NCBI GenBank assembly: GCA_038087875.1
Contig: CM075992.1
Span: 62,001-126,000, forward strand
DNA from: Malacoraja senta
Taxonomy: Eukaryota
Length of the DNA: 64,000 nucleotides
Direction: 5' to 3'
Part shown: positions 1 through 12,594 of the stretch, one piece after another
Layout: the number at the start of each line of letters is the position of its first letter
How positions within the stretch are numbered: position 1 is the first letter of the stretch
The notes under the pieces: generated by a model
The model's input: only the letters and a program-made list of their open reading frames with translations
Told to the model about the DNA's origin: nothing
Database searches by the model: none
Program-made: the position numbers and the translations under genes

Positions 1-351
1 TTGGCCCAAAAGGCCCGTGCCAGGCCAGGAAAAGTCCAGAAAAAAGTGCCTTTCACTGAGATATCACTCAGATTTGTTTTAAGCCCCTTAAGCCCATCCG
101 GCCTGTACTAGCCCAGGAGTCCCTTCAGCCCAACAGTAAGTATTCCCCCTGCAAGTATTAAACCTCACCCCAGTATTTTTCTCCCTTCCATCAGTGGCTC
201 CGTGTGAGATCCAGGGCAGGATAGACTACCCTCCTTCATTGCTGTGATCTGCAGAAAAAGATGAAAAATGTCTAAAATTGATTCTCCACCCTCTCCCCCT
301 TCTCTCTAACAGAGTCTCTCACCTGTTTTTGGTCAGAATGTCTGGCAGTTT

Positions 352-569
352 CTGAGCTGCCAGCCCACCAGGCCTGAGTGACCAAGGTGCCAGCCCACCA
401 GGCCTGAGTGACTGAGCTGCCAGCCCACCAGGCCTGAGTGACTGAGCTGCCAGCCCACCAGGCCTGAGTGACTGAGCTGCCAGCCCACCAGGCCTGAGTG
501 ACTGAGCTGCCAGCCCACCAGGCCTGAGCTGCCAGCCCACCAGGCCTGAGTGACTGAGCTGCCAGCCCA
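352..569. repeat. 30-bp minisatellite (ctgagctgccagcccaccaggcctgagtga), about 7 units, one shortened
   Basis: Tandem units are directly visible; they explain the repetitive ORFs 319-570 and 333-800. Confidence 0.95.
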
Positions 570-1203
570 AGAATTCATTCGGCCCACAATGTCCATACTA
601 GCCCTCTGGAAACCAGTCCCTTTGGCCCACAACACCCATACTAGTGCTCCAGAAAGTCCCCCCTCCCCCCACCGGCCACCAATTTTGGAATTGGTGGAGT
701 GGTGGAATATTGTGTTGGAGGACCAGCCTTCTTGTGTGAACATGGTACTATCTAAACCCAGGCTTTGATTCAGAAACTGCAGCAACCAACAAATTAACAC
801 ATCTGCAGGAAGAACTCACCAGCTTTGTGCCCACATACAAGCAGCAAAATCCCTCAAGTGCTGCAGAAGCCCAAAGATATACATTCTGTTTAATTATCAT
901 ATCTAGTAATAGAACCTATTAGAAAATGAATTATGTATCGGTTCAGCATTATACACGAGCCTTGTCCGTTAATTAGGAATTTGTGCTTTTCCAATTTTCC
1001 TCTGGCACGTATTATTTATATAATTGCAAACCATACAATATAACCAACTGATAGCAACCAAATGACTAATTCTTCGGAAATTCTAGAGCTATTGATTATC
1101 TGCTGAGCCTCTTCAGGATTTTTAATGCTTATTTTCAGAGTACCTGCATGTTCTTACATTTCTTCAGAAGGTCAGCTCTTCCTGAAAACGCAGCACTTTT
1201 AGG

Positions 1204-1290
1204 ATCTCGACCCGAAACGTCACCCATTCCTTCTCTCCAGAGATGCTGCCTGTCCTGCTGAGTTACTCCAGCTTTTTGTGTCTATCTTCA
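1204..1290 (+). mobile_element. Penelope-like terminal (pLTR) fragment; hammerhead 5' half missing
   Basis: tctcgacccgaaacgtcacccattccttctctccagagatgctgcc matches the 3' terminus seen after the GIY-YIG fragments at 20107-20935 and 53653-54190. Confidence 0.8.
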
Positions 1291-2772
1291 ATATTGGGAC
1301 TGCACAGGAAGGGTCATCCTAAGTTATCAGCTCTAGCCTCTGGAGTGGGGCTGGAGTCTCTAAGTTTCAGTTTCAACAGGTGAGGTCAGCTGAGAAACAT
1401 TAAACTGATGTCCCTCCTGCACTCAGGAGCACAACACTCTTCCAAAGACCAGAGCATTTCTCTATCCTTCACTTTTACCTCGCTCTGCTGCCATGGGTCT
1501 GTGTGTCTCTGCAGGACCATGTCATCATGCACAGGTCTGGTCTGCTGGTGTTGGAATTTTGCTGAATACAAGTTGCCTGTTATCCTTGTGACTGCGGAAC
1601 AGTGGAAGGTACTTACTGGTTGTGTAGTGATTTTGTGAAAAGTGCAATCTCCTGAGGTAGGTGTATTTACCCATTGACTATGTTTCATGTTCTCTTTACT
1701 GTTACATTTGGCATGAACAGGAATTTGGATATCATGGTTAGAACTTACCACTCATGCAAACACCCTCAGTTGGCTTGGCTACCACGAAATGCAAATCATT
1801 ATAGTTACACAGCATTGCCATTGCATCATTAAACTTTAATCTGTAAGCATTTTCTTAGTCTCTGTAACAGCCCATTGAACTATGGCTGCTGGTGTTATTA
1901 AAGCAAATTGATTTAACTTCTGAAAGAAAAAATCTAAAAGAAGGTTCCAAATATATAGGTAGTGGGGGTGGGAGAATGAAATAAATCACAATTAAGATGG
2001 AAAAATATCACTGCGCTGTGTTGAGAATGCAGGACGAATGAAGGGCATTATTTTGTAACAGTGCTCGGCAGAGCAAAAAGATACAGATGGAAGGAGGAAA
2101 TTGAATATATTTGCGCCGTTAAGCAGCCACCATCAATCTAATACCTTAGGAATAGCTGGCAAGAATAAAAGCCTTTGCATTTTAATTCTAGCGTGCTAAA
2201 ATATTAGATGCATCTCAGAGGAGTCCTGTGTTAAAGCTCAGTGACAATGATGCAAAGGCACAATCAAACTCTTTCTGGTCCAATATCATGCATTATTAAC
2301 ACAGCCATTAGGTGGTGAATTATCTCACAGAAGCTGCATCAATTTCAAGGTCATTGTCAATAATAAATATTTAATTATCTTTTTTTTATTATTGGGCTGT
2401 TTCAGCAGAGTACAGCTGTAGGCATGGTGCACTGCTTGCAATTTTTAGTGAATTAATTAACTGTTAATCAACTGCTCCTGGGAGTAATGGCAGCAGCTTG
2501 TTAGATAAGAACCTCTGTCTCACAGCAGCTCAGGAGCATCACAATTAAACACTAGTGCTGAGGCATTAACAGGAGCTGAAGACCCATCAGCAGCGGCAAC
2601 AACAAAAAGCTCACGTGTCCCTTTGGAAGCATTAAGACTTCAGATCCACGTTTTAACATCACATTGGAGATTAATGCATGGAACACTCTCGGGGTAATGG
2701 CCATCGTGTGATAGAGTATTGCCATCTTTTTAATCAAGCATACTTGCTTGTTTCATATCCATTCTTAAAATG

Positions 2773-2905
2773 GAGTCATAGAGTCATGCAGCCCGGAAAC
2801 AGGTCTTTCAGCCCAACTCGTCCATGCCTCATCTAAGCTAGTCTCATTTGCCTCGGTTTGGCCCATATCTGTCAAAAACTTTCCTATCCATGTATCTGTC
2901 CAAAG
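2773..2905 (-). mobile_element. CR1-type 3' UTR fragment
   Basis: Reverse complement of the CR1/SINE 3' tail (ggaaacagg...cagcccaac...tttcctatccatgta) seen elsewhere in the window. Confidence 0.6.
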
Positions 2906-2931
2906 GTGCAAGGCTTGTATTCTTGGTGTTT

Positions 2932-3559
2932 GTCAATAGACAATAGGTGCAGGAGTAGGCCATTCAGCCCTTCAAACCAGCACCGCCATTCACTGTGATC
3001 ATGGCTGATCATCCACAATCAGTACCCCATTCCTGCTTTCTCCCCATATCCCTTGACTCCGCTATTTTATAAGCTCCATCTAACTCTCTCTTGAAAGCAT
3101 CCAATGAATTGGCCTCCATTGCATTCTGAGGCAGAGAATTCCACAGATTCACAACTCTCTGGGTGAAAAGGTTTTCCCTCATCTCCGTTCTAATGGCCTA
3201 CCCCTTATTCTTAAACTGTGGCCCCTGGTTCTGGACTCCCCCAACATTGGGAACATGTTTCCTGCCTGTAGCGTGTCCAATCATTTAATAATCTTATATG
3301 TTTCAATAAGATTCCCTCTCATCCTCCCAAATTCCAGTGTATACAAGCCTAGTCACTCCATTCTTTCAGTCCCACCATCCCGGGAATTAACCTCGTGAAC
3401 CTACGCTGCACTCCCTCAATAGCAAGAATGTCCTTCCTCAAATTTGGAGACCAAAACTGCACACAATACTCCAGCTGTGGTCTCACTAGGGCCCTATACA
3501 ACTGCAGGAGGACCTATTTGCTCCTCTACTCCTCCTCTTATTATGAAGGCCAACATGCC
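2932..3559 (-). mobile_element. CR1 LINE 3' fragment (ctattgt-tail subfamily)
   Basis: Near-identical reverse complement of 50880-51521; caatagacaataggtgcaggag tail. Confidence 0.92.
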
Positions 3560-4793
3560 CCCTTGGGGGTGGGTGCACCTATGAGTATAAGGTGCACCCA
3601 TGGGTGGGGGCACCGATGCTTCCACCCATCAGCCCATATCCCAGAGCTCAGCACACCATCAGTTTTTCTCAGCCTCTCTTTGCCACCTCATGTCAATGTC
3701 TTCTTGTACACGTACTACATTGACCCTTTCCTACTTCCTCCACTTCAACCTCTCATTTTATCTCCCTCAATAAAGTCACCTCCTAGTCACTGTTTAACCC
3801 CTTCTGGCTAAAACTCCTGGGAGAATTCTAACAAAGCTCCATTGCAATCTCACTAATGGAGTCACTTCCTGCATGTGGTCTGCAAGCAGAACTGGACAAT
3901 GGCTATGCTGTACAGTTGTATACTTTTATACAGCCACTCTGTTCTTGTCTATCAACACTTGGCTACTAACAGGGAAGCATCTCACCTGGCCTTTTTACAC
4001 CTTTAGTACCTGCTCTGTCCTGTAAATCTCTCTGTGTTCCTCTGTGCTGCTTCCTTGTGAAGATCTCCTCGTCAGTGGCATGGTGCTTAGCAGCTGCAAT
4101 AAACCTAGCCACGGTTGGTGAGGAAGCAGCGTGTGTGGGAGGCTGGAAACAAAATTTTCACATGGCAGTCTAGACCACCTTGAATTCTGTGACAAATGCA
4201 GGCGAGATCTTGCTCTCCTTAATCCAAATCTTTAAATTAGTTCCAGGCTTCCTACTGGGAAAACCATTTAACTCACAAACAGGAAACGCAGTGCAGCAAA
4301 TTACATTTGGCAGAAATTGTATTTTGTCTTTCCTCAGAATTATTGAATTAAGTAAGAATGTAAGAATGGCTGTATGTCAGGAAATCTACCAGGCAGATGC
4401 TGCACCACATCTCATTGTGTCTCTGATAGCCTGTTGTTATCTGCCTCTCCACTAATGCAATCTAACCCTGATATCAATGCACAAAGCTCAATGTCCTGTT
4501 TAAAAATATCCTGGGCTGAAACAAAGCAAATATTTTTATGCCTGATCTTTCTCAAGACTTGTATCACTTTGATTAATTCAAATGCAAATTAGTTTTATCT
4601 TAGAGAGAATAAGATTGAGAGATGCAGGATATAACTTCATTGTAAATGGACATATGGTGGTGCTGCATGCATGCGAGGAGCAGGTGACATTGGACAAATG
4701 CAAAGCACTGCTGGATATTCGCTATCCGCAATAATGCTTCACTCTAACCAGGTGAAACAATGATTTATTTGAAGTTCATCCAGATTAATATAC

Positions 4794-5011
4794 TGTTATG
4801 GCGGGCGAATAATCAAGCCACGCGTGGTGAGACAGAGATCTTTATTAACACAGTAAAGAGATCAGCACACGCGAATGGGGGAAGGTTAACTCGGGGTTAT
4901 GTATACCAGGGCACACCCCTATACCTCCTTCCCGCCAAACCCAGTCACGTGACACTGCCCCTGACTGCAAGGTTCGCACAGTAAGTGGCTGAACCACTGG
5001 GTGGCGCCACA
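4794..5011 (-). mobile_element. Solo LTR (about 218 bp)
   Basis: TG...CA termini (tgttatg...gccaca); flanks atatac/ctatac (TSD-like); minus-strand AATAAA (tttatt at 4841); CpG-rich compared with flanks. Confidence 0.7.
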
Positions 5012-6499
5012 CTATACACTGTGCTCAGTATGCAATAGAGAAGATTAACATTATTACTTCACAGAAAGAAGCCAATATATGCCAGCATCTAATAGAGCAA
5101 TCCTGTTAATCCCATCCCGATTCGCTGTAAATTATTAAACTGCGCATTATGCTGCGTATAGTTTAGTCTTCTCACATGCGCCAAGGTTTAGTGAAACATT
5201 TTGTTTTATATCCAGGCAAATTATACCGTACATCAGGCAGCGTAAAAGAGAAGAGAAACAGAGTGCAGATTATAATGTTACAGCTGGAGAAAATGTGTGG
5301 GTAAATAGAAAAGCAATGTCAGCATTAAGTAGATTTGAAGATTGGGAATTCATCCTTAGCAAATGAGAGGACCATTGAATAGTCTGAGAACATTGGGGAA
5401 GAGGCTGCTCCTCAATCTAGTAGTACATGCTTTCAAGCTTTTGTGCCTTTTGTTTGGTGGGAGAGGGGAGGTGAGAATGACTATCTAATCAACTGTGGGT
5501 GGTACAGATATCTCTACTTTTGAGTGACAAGAGACAACCAGGCGATAGAGAATATTCTTCACGAATGTCTACTAACTTGCTTGTTATTTTCCAGATGTTA
5601 CATTGAGTTCACTGGGCCAATGAAGCATTGCAAAGGGACATCTTCTCCTTGGATTTAATTTTTGCCTTGAGGGTTTAATTGGAAATTGTGCATAACTTCC
5701 TGCAGTAATCAAGGTGGCCTTGGCTACACAAGGAAGACCAAACTGATCGACTGAATGCACAAGCATGTACGCACCCAATCCCCACTAACCTCTTGCACAC
5801 AATGAGGTTCAATGTAAACTTGAGGGACTGCACCTCAGCGTCTGACAGGACAATTAACTGCCTCCCAGATTCGACACTTCCAGATAAACAAATCCAACAT
5901 TTCTTGGCATCAGTTTAGATTTTTAGCACCCACTGGTTCTTTTAAATGCCATTTCTGGTAATGGTTGTTTCTTCCTTATTGCTCTGCTGATCCACCTTTT
6001 GCTTCTTAGCATGCTCGTTGCTAACCCCTTTCACTTTGCAATGTCATTAATTTCTCCTGCCTTACAAAGCTGTCAAACTTTGGCCTTTTGTTCTCTCTTC
6101 CCGTCTGTCATGCCTCTACTCTCTGCAACTTTAAACATGTTCCGCTGAATTCCCATTAATCTTCTCCCTGCCCGTGTCAAACATTGACACTATGTACACG
6201 CTTCTGGAAACAGAAACAATAACAACTTCTCCCAATAATAGCAGGCTAATTTTGCCGATGCAGTCAGTTGAGGATAGCTTTATACATATGTTTTGCATAA
6301 AGTGAAACCTGATCATTTACACCCAATGAGATTCAATCTTGCTGGTTGGAGTATTGTCACTAAATGCAATCCTATCAATAACTTTGAGAATTCTCTCTCC
6401 ATGGTTGCTGCCCGGACCTGCTGAATGTTTCCAGCAGTCTGTTTTTATTTCAGATTTCCAGTAGCTCCAGAATTTTGCATCTGCAGCCAATAGTTACCA

Positions 6500-6710
6500 G
6501 GTGTAGGAAGGAACTGCAGACGCTGGTTTAAACTGAAGATAGACACAAAGTGCTGGAGTAACTCAGTGGGACAGGCAGCATCTCTGGAGAGAAGGAATGG
6601 GTGATGTTTCAGGTTGAGACCTTTTTAAAGAAGGGTCTCGACCAGAAACATCACCCATTCCTTTTCTCCAGAGATGCTGCCTGTCCTGCTGAGTTACTCC
6701 AGCTATTTGT
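6500..6710. mobile_element. Fold-back pair of Penelope-derived terminal units
   Basis: Minus arm 6500-6625 and plus arm 6626-6710; 14-bp TSD gccaatagttacca at 6486-6499 and 6711-6724. Confidence 0.88.
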
Positions 6711-7577
6711 GCCAATAGTTACCACGTACATTTAAAGGTATAAAACTTCTGAATTTGTTTGCAGTTATGTCAAACATTTCCAATGGCAGGACAGGTTAAA
6801 TGATTTCATAGGGTGATTTTGTTTTGGAAGGGCCTACGTTCAGGTGGGCTAACTTATGCCCTCCATGAAACAGCTCGCTGTCATTTTACAGAATTGGTGC
6901 TCTGGAGTGCAGATAGGTTTGTGAAGTATGTGAATGCTGTGAGCCAGACAGGTACATGGCAGGTACATCCTATTGTTTGTATGACGGGTGTCTGCAGGAG
7001 CTGACAATGAATGGTTTAGATGGAAAATCTTCCACTACCTGCAATTAACGTGTTCTTCAAATCCTAGAATTTTCAATTCTTTCATATGAATGCGTTGTTC
7101 ACAGAGCAACCAAACCTGTAATCTAATGCCAATTATGAGCCACACTCTCTGCTTATTGTAGTCTTTAAAGTATCAACTCAGCCTGTGCACCAATACAGCC
7201 ATATAAATAGCCTTGACTTTCATCTTCCAAGAACTCATTTATTTTATATTCCATCACTGGAATCTAAAAATATCAGATCACTCAGCCATCTGATCCCAAT
7301 TTCCCCACATTGACAATGCATATCTATCACAAATCTGCTGATATCTTTATTTTCTAAGCTCCAGTATGCATGTAGCATCCATTAACTTACAGCAATTTTT
7401 TCCTTCTGATTTCTACCACCATTGTGTCCAAAAATACATCTTGGACAGCCTTTCGGATGTAAGGAAAGGGAGCAAGTGTAGGTGGTACAGAACCTCAAAT
7501 TATTATCAATCATTTAAATCACAGCTGATCTCATCTTGACCTTCAAACTCCACATTCCTGCCTCTTCTCTATAACTC

Positions 7578-7662
7578 AGGGTGATCAGTGATCGGTGCGG
7601 ACTTGGTGTGCCGAAGGGCCTGTTTCCGCGCTGTATCTCTAAAGTCTAAAAGTAAAGTCTAA
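7578..7662 (+). mobile_element. SINE 3' end (CR1-shared tail)
   Basis: gccgaagggcctgtttccgcgctgtatctctaaagtctaaa matches the SINE tail at 55676-55740. Confidence 0.7.
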
Positions 7663-7769
7663 CTCTTTCCTCTTTGGTCCACAAACTGTCCATTATAACC
7701 TTAAACATATTCAATGACTCAGCCACCACAGAGCAAACATTTTCAAATTCACAATTCACAAATTTCCAA

Positions 7770-8180
7770 ATGTCATGAAGCTGGAAAGAGTGTAGAAAAG
7801 ATTTACGTGGATGTTGCCAGGACTTGAGGCGCTGAGTTATAGGGAGCAGTTGGACAAGCTAGGACCTTATTCTTTGGAGCACAGGAGGCTGAGGGATGAT
7901 CTTATGGAGGTATATAAAATCATGGGGGGAATAGACAGGATTAATGCCCAGGGTAGGTAAATCAAGAACCAGAAATCAGAGGTTTAAGTTGAGAGGGGCA
8001 AGATTTAATACAAACTTGAGGGGGAACTTTTTTACTCAAGAGGGTGGTGGGTATACGGAAAGAGCTGTGAGAGACGATATTTGAAACAGATACTAGAACA
8101 ACATATAAAAGACACTTGGACAGGAACACGGAAAGGAAAGGTTTAGCAAGATATGGCTGTTTCATGATGCTTGACTCAAT
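7770..8180 (+). mobile_element. CR1 3' fragment, decayed
   Basis: Similar to the C-terminal ORF2/3' UTR at 10450-10870. Confidence 0.8.
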
Positions 8181-8535
8181 ATGTATGGCTAATCACTGCC
8201 ACCAAAATAGATAAATACAAAAGAAACAGCACCATTTTTATACTTCCTGCTAGGTCTCTGTTCATCCTGACTTGGAAATAAGGTCCTTCATTAGAGCTGA
8301 GGCTAAATCCTGGACCTCTTCCCAAAAGCATAATGGCATATCTTCACAAGTGATATGAGGTGCATCTCCCAAGGGCCATACACGTTAGCACATTCCATGC
8401 ATATTGATAAATGAAACTCCTAATTTCAAGAATCTTTTACCCAAATAATCAAATGGCCCCGTGCTGAGTGTTATCTCTAGCCTTCAAGCATTTGAGTATG
8501 TTGATCAAGGGAGCTCCTGGATAAAACCCATGCAG

Positions 8536-8945
8536 GTCACGAGAATGTTGCCAGGACTAGAGGGTGTGAACTATAGGGAAAGGTTGGACTGGCTGGGTCT
8601 CTATTCCATGGATTTGTACACTTCTGTAAGATCACCCCTCATCCTCCTGCACTCCAAGGAATAAAGTTCTAGCCTGCTCAACCTCTCCCTACATATCAGG
8701 TCCATTGGTGCTGGCAACATCCTCGTAAATCTTCTCTGCACTATTTTGAACTTGACAACACTTTGCCTATAACATGGTGCCCAGAACTGAACACAATACT
8801 CTAAATGCGGCCTCACCAACAACTGCAACATGACCTCCCAGCTTCTATCCTCAATACTCTGACAGATGAAGGCCAATGTGCCAAAAGCCTTTTTGACCAT
8901 CCTATTTATCTGTGATGCCACTTTCAATGAACCATGCACTTGCCT
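8536..8945 (-). mobile_element. CR1 ORF2 fragment with a short opposite-strand CR1 piece at 8536-8605
   Basis: ORF 8601-8957 contains [15 protein letters not shown] and YSLECRRMRGDL, the CR1 RT C-terminus. Confidence 0.85.
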
Positions 8946-9676
8946 GTTCAGCAGCATTCTCGTAAATCTCCTGTCCAGTGCAAAGTTCCAAGCAGTTGCT
9001 AATGTTCTGAGTGAGGTCTAACCAGCATATTGCGATACCCATCGCTGTCTCACTCAACAGATGTCTCCAACACTATAAAACTTATCCAACCTCCTTTATC
9101 AGCAACAAATCAGCTTTTCCTCAATTTTGCAAATTCTTCCCCATGTCTCTCTTCTTGCGAGTGGCATTGTAGAATTATCTTTTCTCCTACTTCGTCATTG
9201 TCCAGCAAATTTCCTGCTGTTATTTTTGACGTCTTTGCTTGATGATGCTATTTATTATATTACCTTTACATATATCATTGTGTGGTTCGTCATCATGGCC
9301 CCATGGCTCTTGGATTTACCCAATATAAAGATCTTAATATTAATAACAGTAATGATATTAATCATAATTGTTAAACTAAATAGCTGAGGGGGATGGTGGA
9401 TTTGCATGCAAAACAGCTATTAATCTCTAAATTGTATAACGAGCAGAGATTACACGGGAGAACGGTCAAAGCAAAGGAAAATGGGACATTGGATTACTGC
9501 TGGAATCAGTGCGATCAATTACAATATTGTGCTTGCTTGCCACAGAACGTTAGTTAATGAATTATTTTTGTCAATTCACATCACTGTGGGTGGAACAACG
9601 TAACTGTACTTTGGAGTGTGGGGATGACCTGATGTGACCCTGAGGTATTTGTGCTCTTCAGACAAAGGCAATGTCT

Positions 9677-9937
9677 NNNNNNNNNNNNNNNNNNNNNNNN
9701 NNNNNNNNNNNNNNNNNNNNNNNNNNNNNNNNNNNNNNNNNNNNNNNNNNNNNNNNNNNNNNNNNNNNNNNNNNNNNNNNNNNNNNNNNNNNNNNNNNNN
9801 NNNNNNNNNNNNNNNNNNNNNNNNNNNNNNNNNNNNNNNNNNNNNNNNNNNNNNNNNNNNNNNNNNNNNNNNNNNNNNNNNNNNNNNNNNNNNNNNNNNN
9901 NNNNNNNNNNNNNNNNNNNNNNNNNNNNNNNNNNNNN
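9677..9937. other. Assembly gap (N run)
   Basis: Run of N. Confidence 1.
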
Positions 9938-10126
9938 AGGGAGTGAGTGAGTGAGTGAGTGAGTGAATGAGAGAGTGAGTGAGTGAGTGAGTGAGTGAGT
10001 GAGTGTGAGTGAATGAGGGAGGGAGTGAGTGAGTGAGTGAGGAATGAGAGAGTGAGTGAGTGAGTGAGTGAGTGAGTGAGTGAGTGTGAGTGAATGAGGG
10101 AGGGAGTGAGTGAGTGAATGAGTGAG
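9938..10126. repeat. (GAGT)n microsatellite with higher-order variants
   Basis: Directly visible. Confidence 0.95.
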
Positions 10127-10359
10127 GAGCACTTTAACCTATTGCCTGTCTGGAGCTCGTGGTCTCAGGAGGTCAAGTCAGCTCACTTAACTCACCTCAC
10201 AGCTGGATTCACCACTAAGCCTGGCCCAATGTCCTGACCCGAGCGTTAGATGTCCTTTGTGTCACACCACCCACATCTGCCACATCTGGCATGCTCCTTT
10301 CATTAAAAAGACTGATTGTTGATTTTTTTTTTACCATTTTTTTTACCATTTTTTTACCA

Positions 10360-11014
10360 TATAGAAGTTGGGATGTAATGTTAAAATTGTACAAGGCATT
10401 GGTGAGGCCAATTCTGGAGTACAATTTTGGTCGCCTAATTATAGGAAGGATGTCAACAAAATAGAGAGAGTACAGAGGAGATTTACTAGAATGTTGCCTG
10501 GGTTTCAGCAACTAAGTTACAGAGAAAGGTTGAACAAGTTAGGTCTTTATTCTTTGGAGCGCAGAAGGTTAAGAGGGGACTTGATAGAGGTCTTTAAAAT
10601 TATGAGCGGGTTAGACAGAGTGGACGTGGATAAGCTTTTCCCATTGAGAGTAGGGAAGATTCAAACAAGGGGACATGACTTGAGAATTAAGGGACAGAAG
10701 TTTAGGGGGAACATTAGGGGGAACTTCTTTACTCAGAGAGTGGTAGCTGTGTGGAATGAGCTTCCAGTGGAAGTGGTGGAGGCAGGTTCGATGTTATCCT
10801 TTAAAAATAGATTGGATGGGTATATGGACGGGAAAGGAATGGAGGGTTATGGTCTGAGTGCAGGTAGATGGGACTAGGGGGAAGTATTTTATTTTTAATT
10901 TAAAAAAAACAACAACAAAAAACAACAACAAAAATGTTCGGCACGGACTTGAAGGGCCGAGATGGCCTGTTTCCGTGCTGTTATGGTTATATGGTTATAT
11001 GGTTATATGGTTAT
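10360..11014 (+). mobile_element. CR1 LINE 3' fragment with (atggttat)n tail
   Basis: ORF 10368-10877 contains VQFWSPNYRKD, YSLERRRLRGDL and FFTQRVVAVWNELP; octamer tail at 10981-11014. Confidence 0.93.
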
Positions 11015-11369
11015 TATTTCATTATATAGATTTGTTTTATTAACTAACAATAGTTTGGTGTTTGTTGTTATTTTTTTATAGTGCTTTTTAATTGTTTTAT
11101 TATTTTAAATGTTTTGCAACATCTCTAATTATAAGTGAAATTTGAAAATAATGGAAAAAGCTTCAGCAGCAAGAGCGTAGAAGTCCCCGTCGCCAATTGT
11201 GGTTGATTCCATACAGGACGAAAAGGGAACCACAATCTGAGGGCTTTTCAACCTGATGAACTTTCACAGCTAAATGTTGCATCTGATTCTCTTTCCACAG
11301 ATGCTGCCTGACCTATTGAGTGTTTGCAGCATTATAACATGTGGCCAGCTTTGCTGATTGTGAAGGAGA

Positions 11370-11900
11370 TAGAAGCATAGAGTTATACAGCTTGGAAATA
11401 TGTCCTTTAACCCAATGTGTTCATGCTAACCAAGATGCCCCATCAACGCAGGTCTCATTTTCCTACGTTAGGCCCATATCCCTCCATGCCTTACCATCTA
11501 TGTACCTCTCCAAATGCCTTTTATATGTTGTGTTTGTACCTGTGTCAACTACCTCCTCTGTCAGTTTGTTCCATGTACTCACCACCCCTTAGATTCCTGA
11601 TAAATCTTTCCCCTCTCACATTAAACCTGTCACCTGTTTCTGGATTTCCCTGCCTGGGAAAAATATTGTGCATTCATCTTATCTATTTCCCTCGTGATAT
11701 TTTACAGTTCCATAATGTCACCTCTCAACCCCCTTCTTTCAAAAGAATAAGTCCTAGCCTGCTACATTTTCCCCTATAGCTCAGGCAACTGAGTCCAGGC
11801 AACATTCCCGTAAATCTTCTCTAAACTGTTTTCAGCTTAATGACACCTTTCCTACAGCAGGGTGACTGTAACTGAACACGGTACTCCATGTGCAACTGTA
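11370..11900 (-). mobile_element. CR1 3' fragment, decayed
   Basis: Reverse-complement similarity to CR1 3' ends in the window. Confidence 0.75.
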
Positions 11901-12594
11901 ACAGAACAGCCCAATCAATGTCCACACAATCAGGTGTTGGATATTTGCAGCCTGCGTACTGCAGCTTGGCCCTGGATCTGTATCCTGTCAACCATCTCCT
12001 CTTGTTGTTGCCTCAGTTCAAGTAAGATTCTGCGGTTGTTAACAACGTAACAAGCTCCCATAACTTTAAAAAAAATACTTTTAGCTAAAGGCAAATTCAC
12101 CCCAGAGGTGTGAGATACATCAAAAGTTTTGCTTCATTTTTCACACGTTAAAATAAAACTGTCCATGTGCCAGATGCTAAATTTATAACAGAACCTTCAA
12201 GAATCCTAATGACACAGTGAGCTTTATGAGATTCATTCTGCACTGTGTCATTGTGCATTTATCAAAATCTGCCTCTAAATAGTCCTCATATTCCCGTGCT
12301 TGGACAGAGTAATACAGCCAAACAGAGTCAGCAAAGTCCTAGGTTTAATCGTGACCTTCCAAAATAGCATTAAGCTTTTTATGTCCAACTGCATTTATGT
12401 CAGTGTTGATGACTCTTGAATGATTTATCAGGAGAATTATAGTGAAGTGGAGAGATTGTTGGGTTTGTTGTCTTTAGAATAATATGATCTGAGGTATATA
12501 GAACAAGGGGACAAGCACATAGTCCTGTTCTAATGGTTACCGGGGAATATGTGTTGTTGGCAATGGTATGGAAAGGAAGACCAGCTGTGATCAC

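Noticed and set aside
3570-3600. 11-bp inverted repeat tgggtgcacct/aggtgcaccca next to a CR1 5' truncation
   Set aside because: Single short hairpin with no other support for function
9581-10132. ORFs spanning N runs (also 16497-17228)
   Set aside because: Artefacts of assembly gaps and microsatellites
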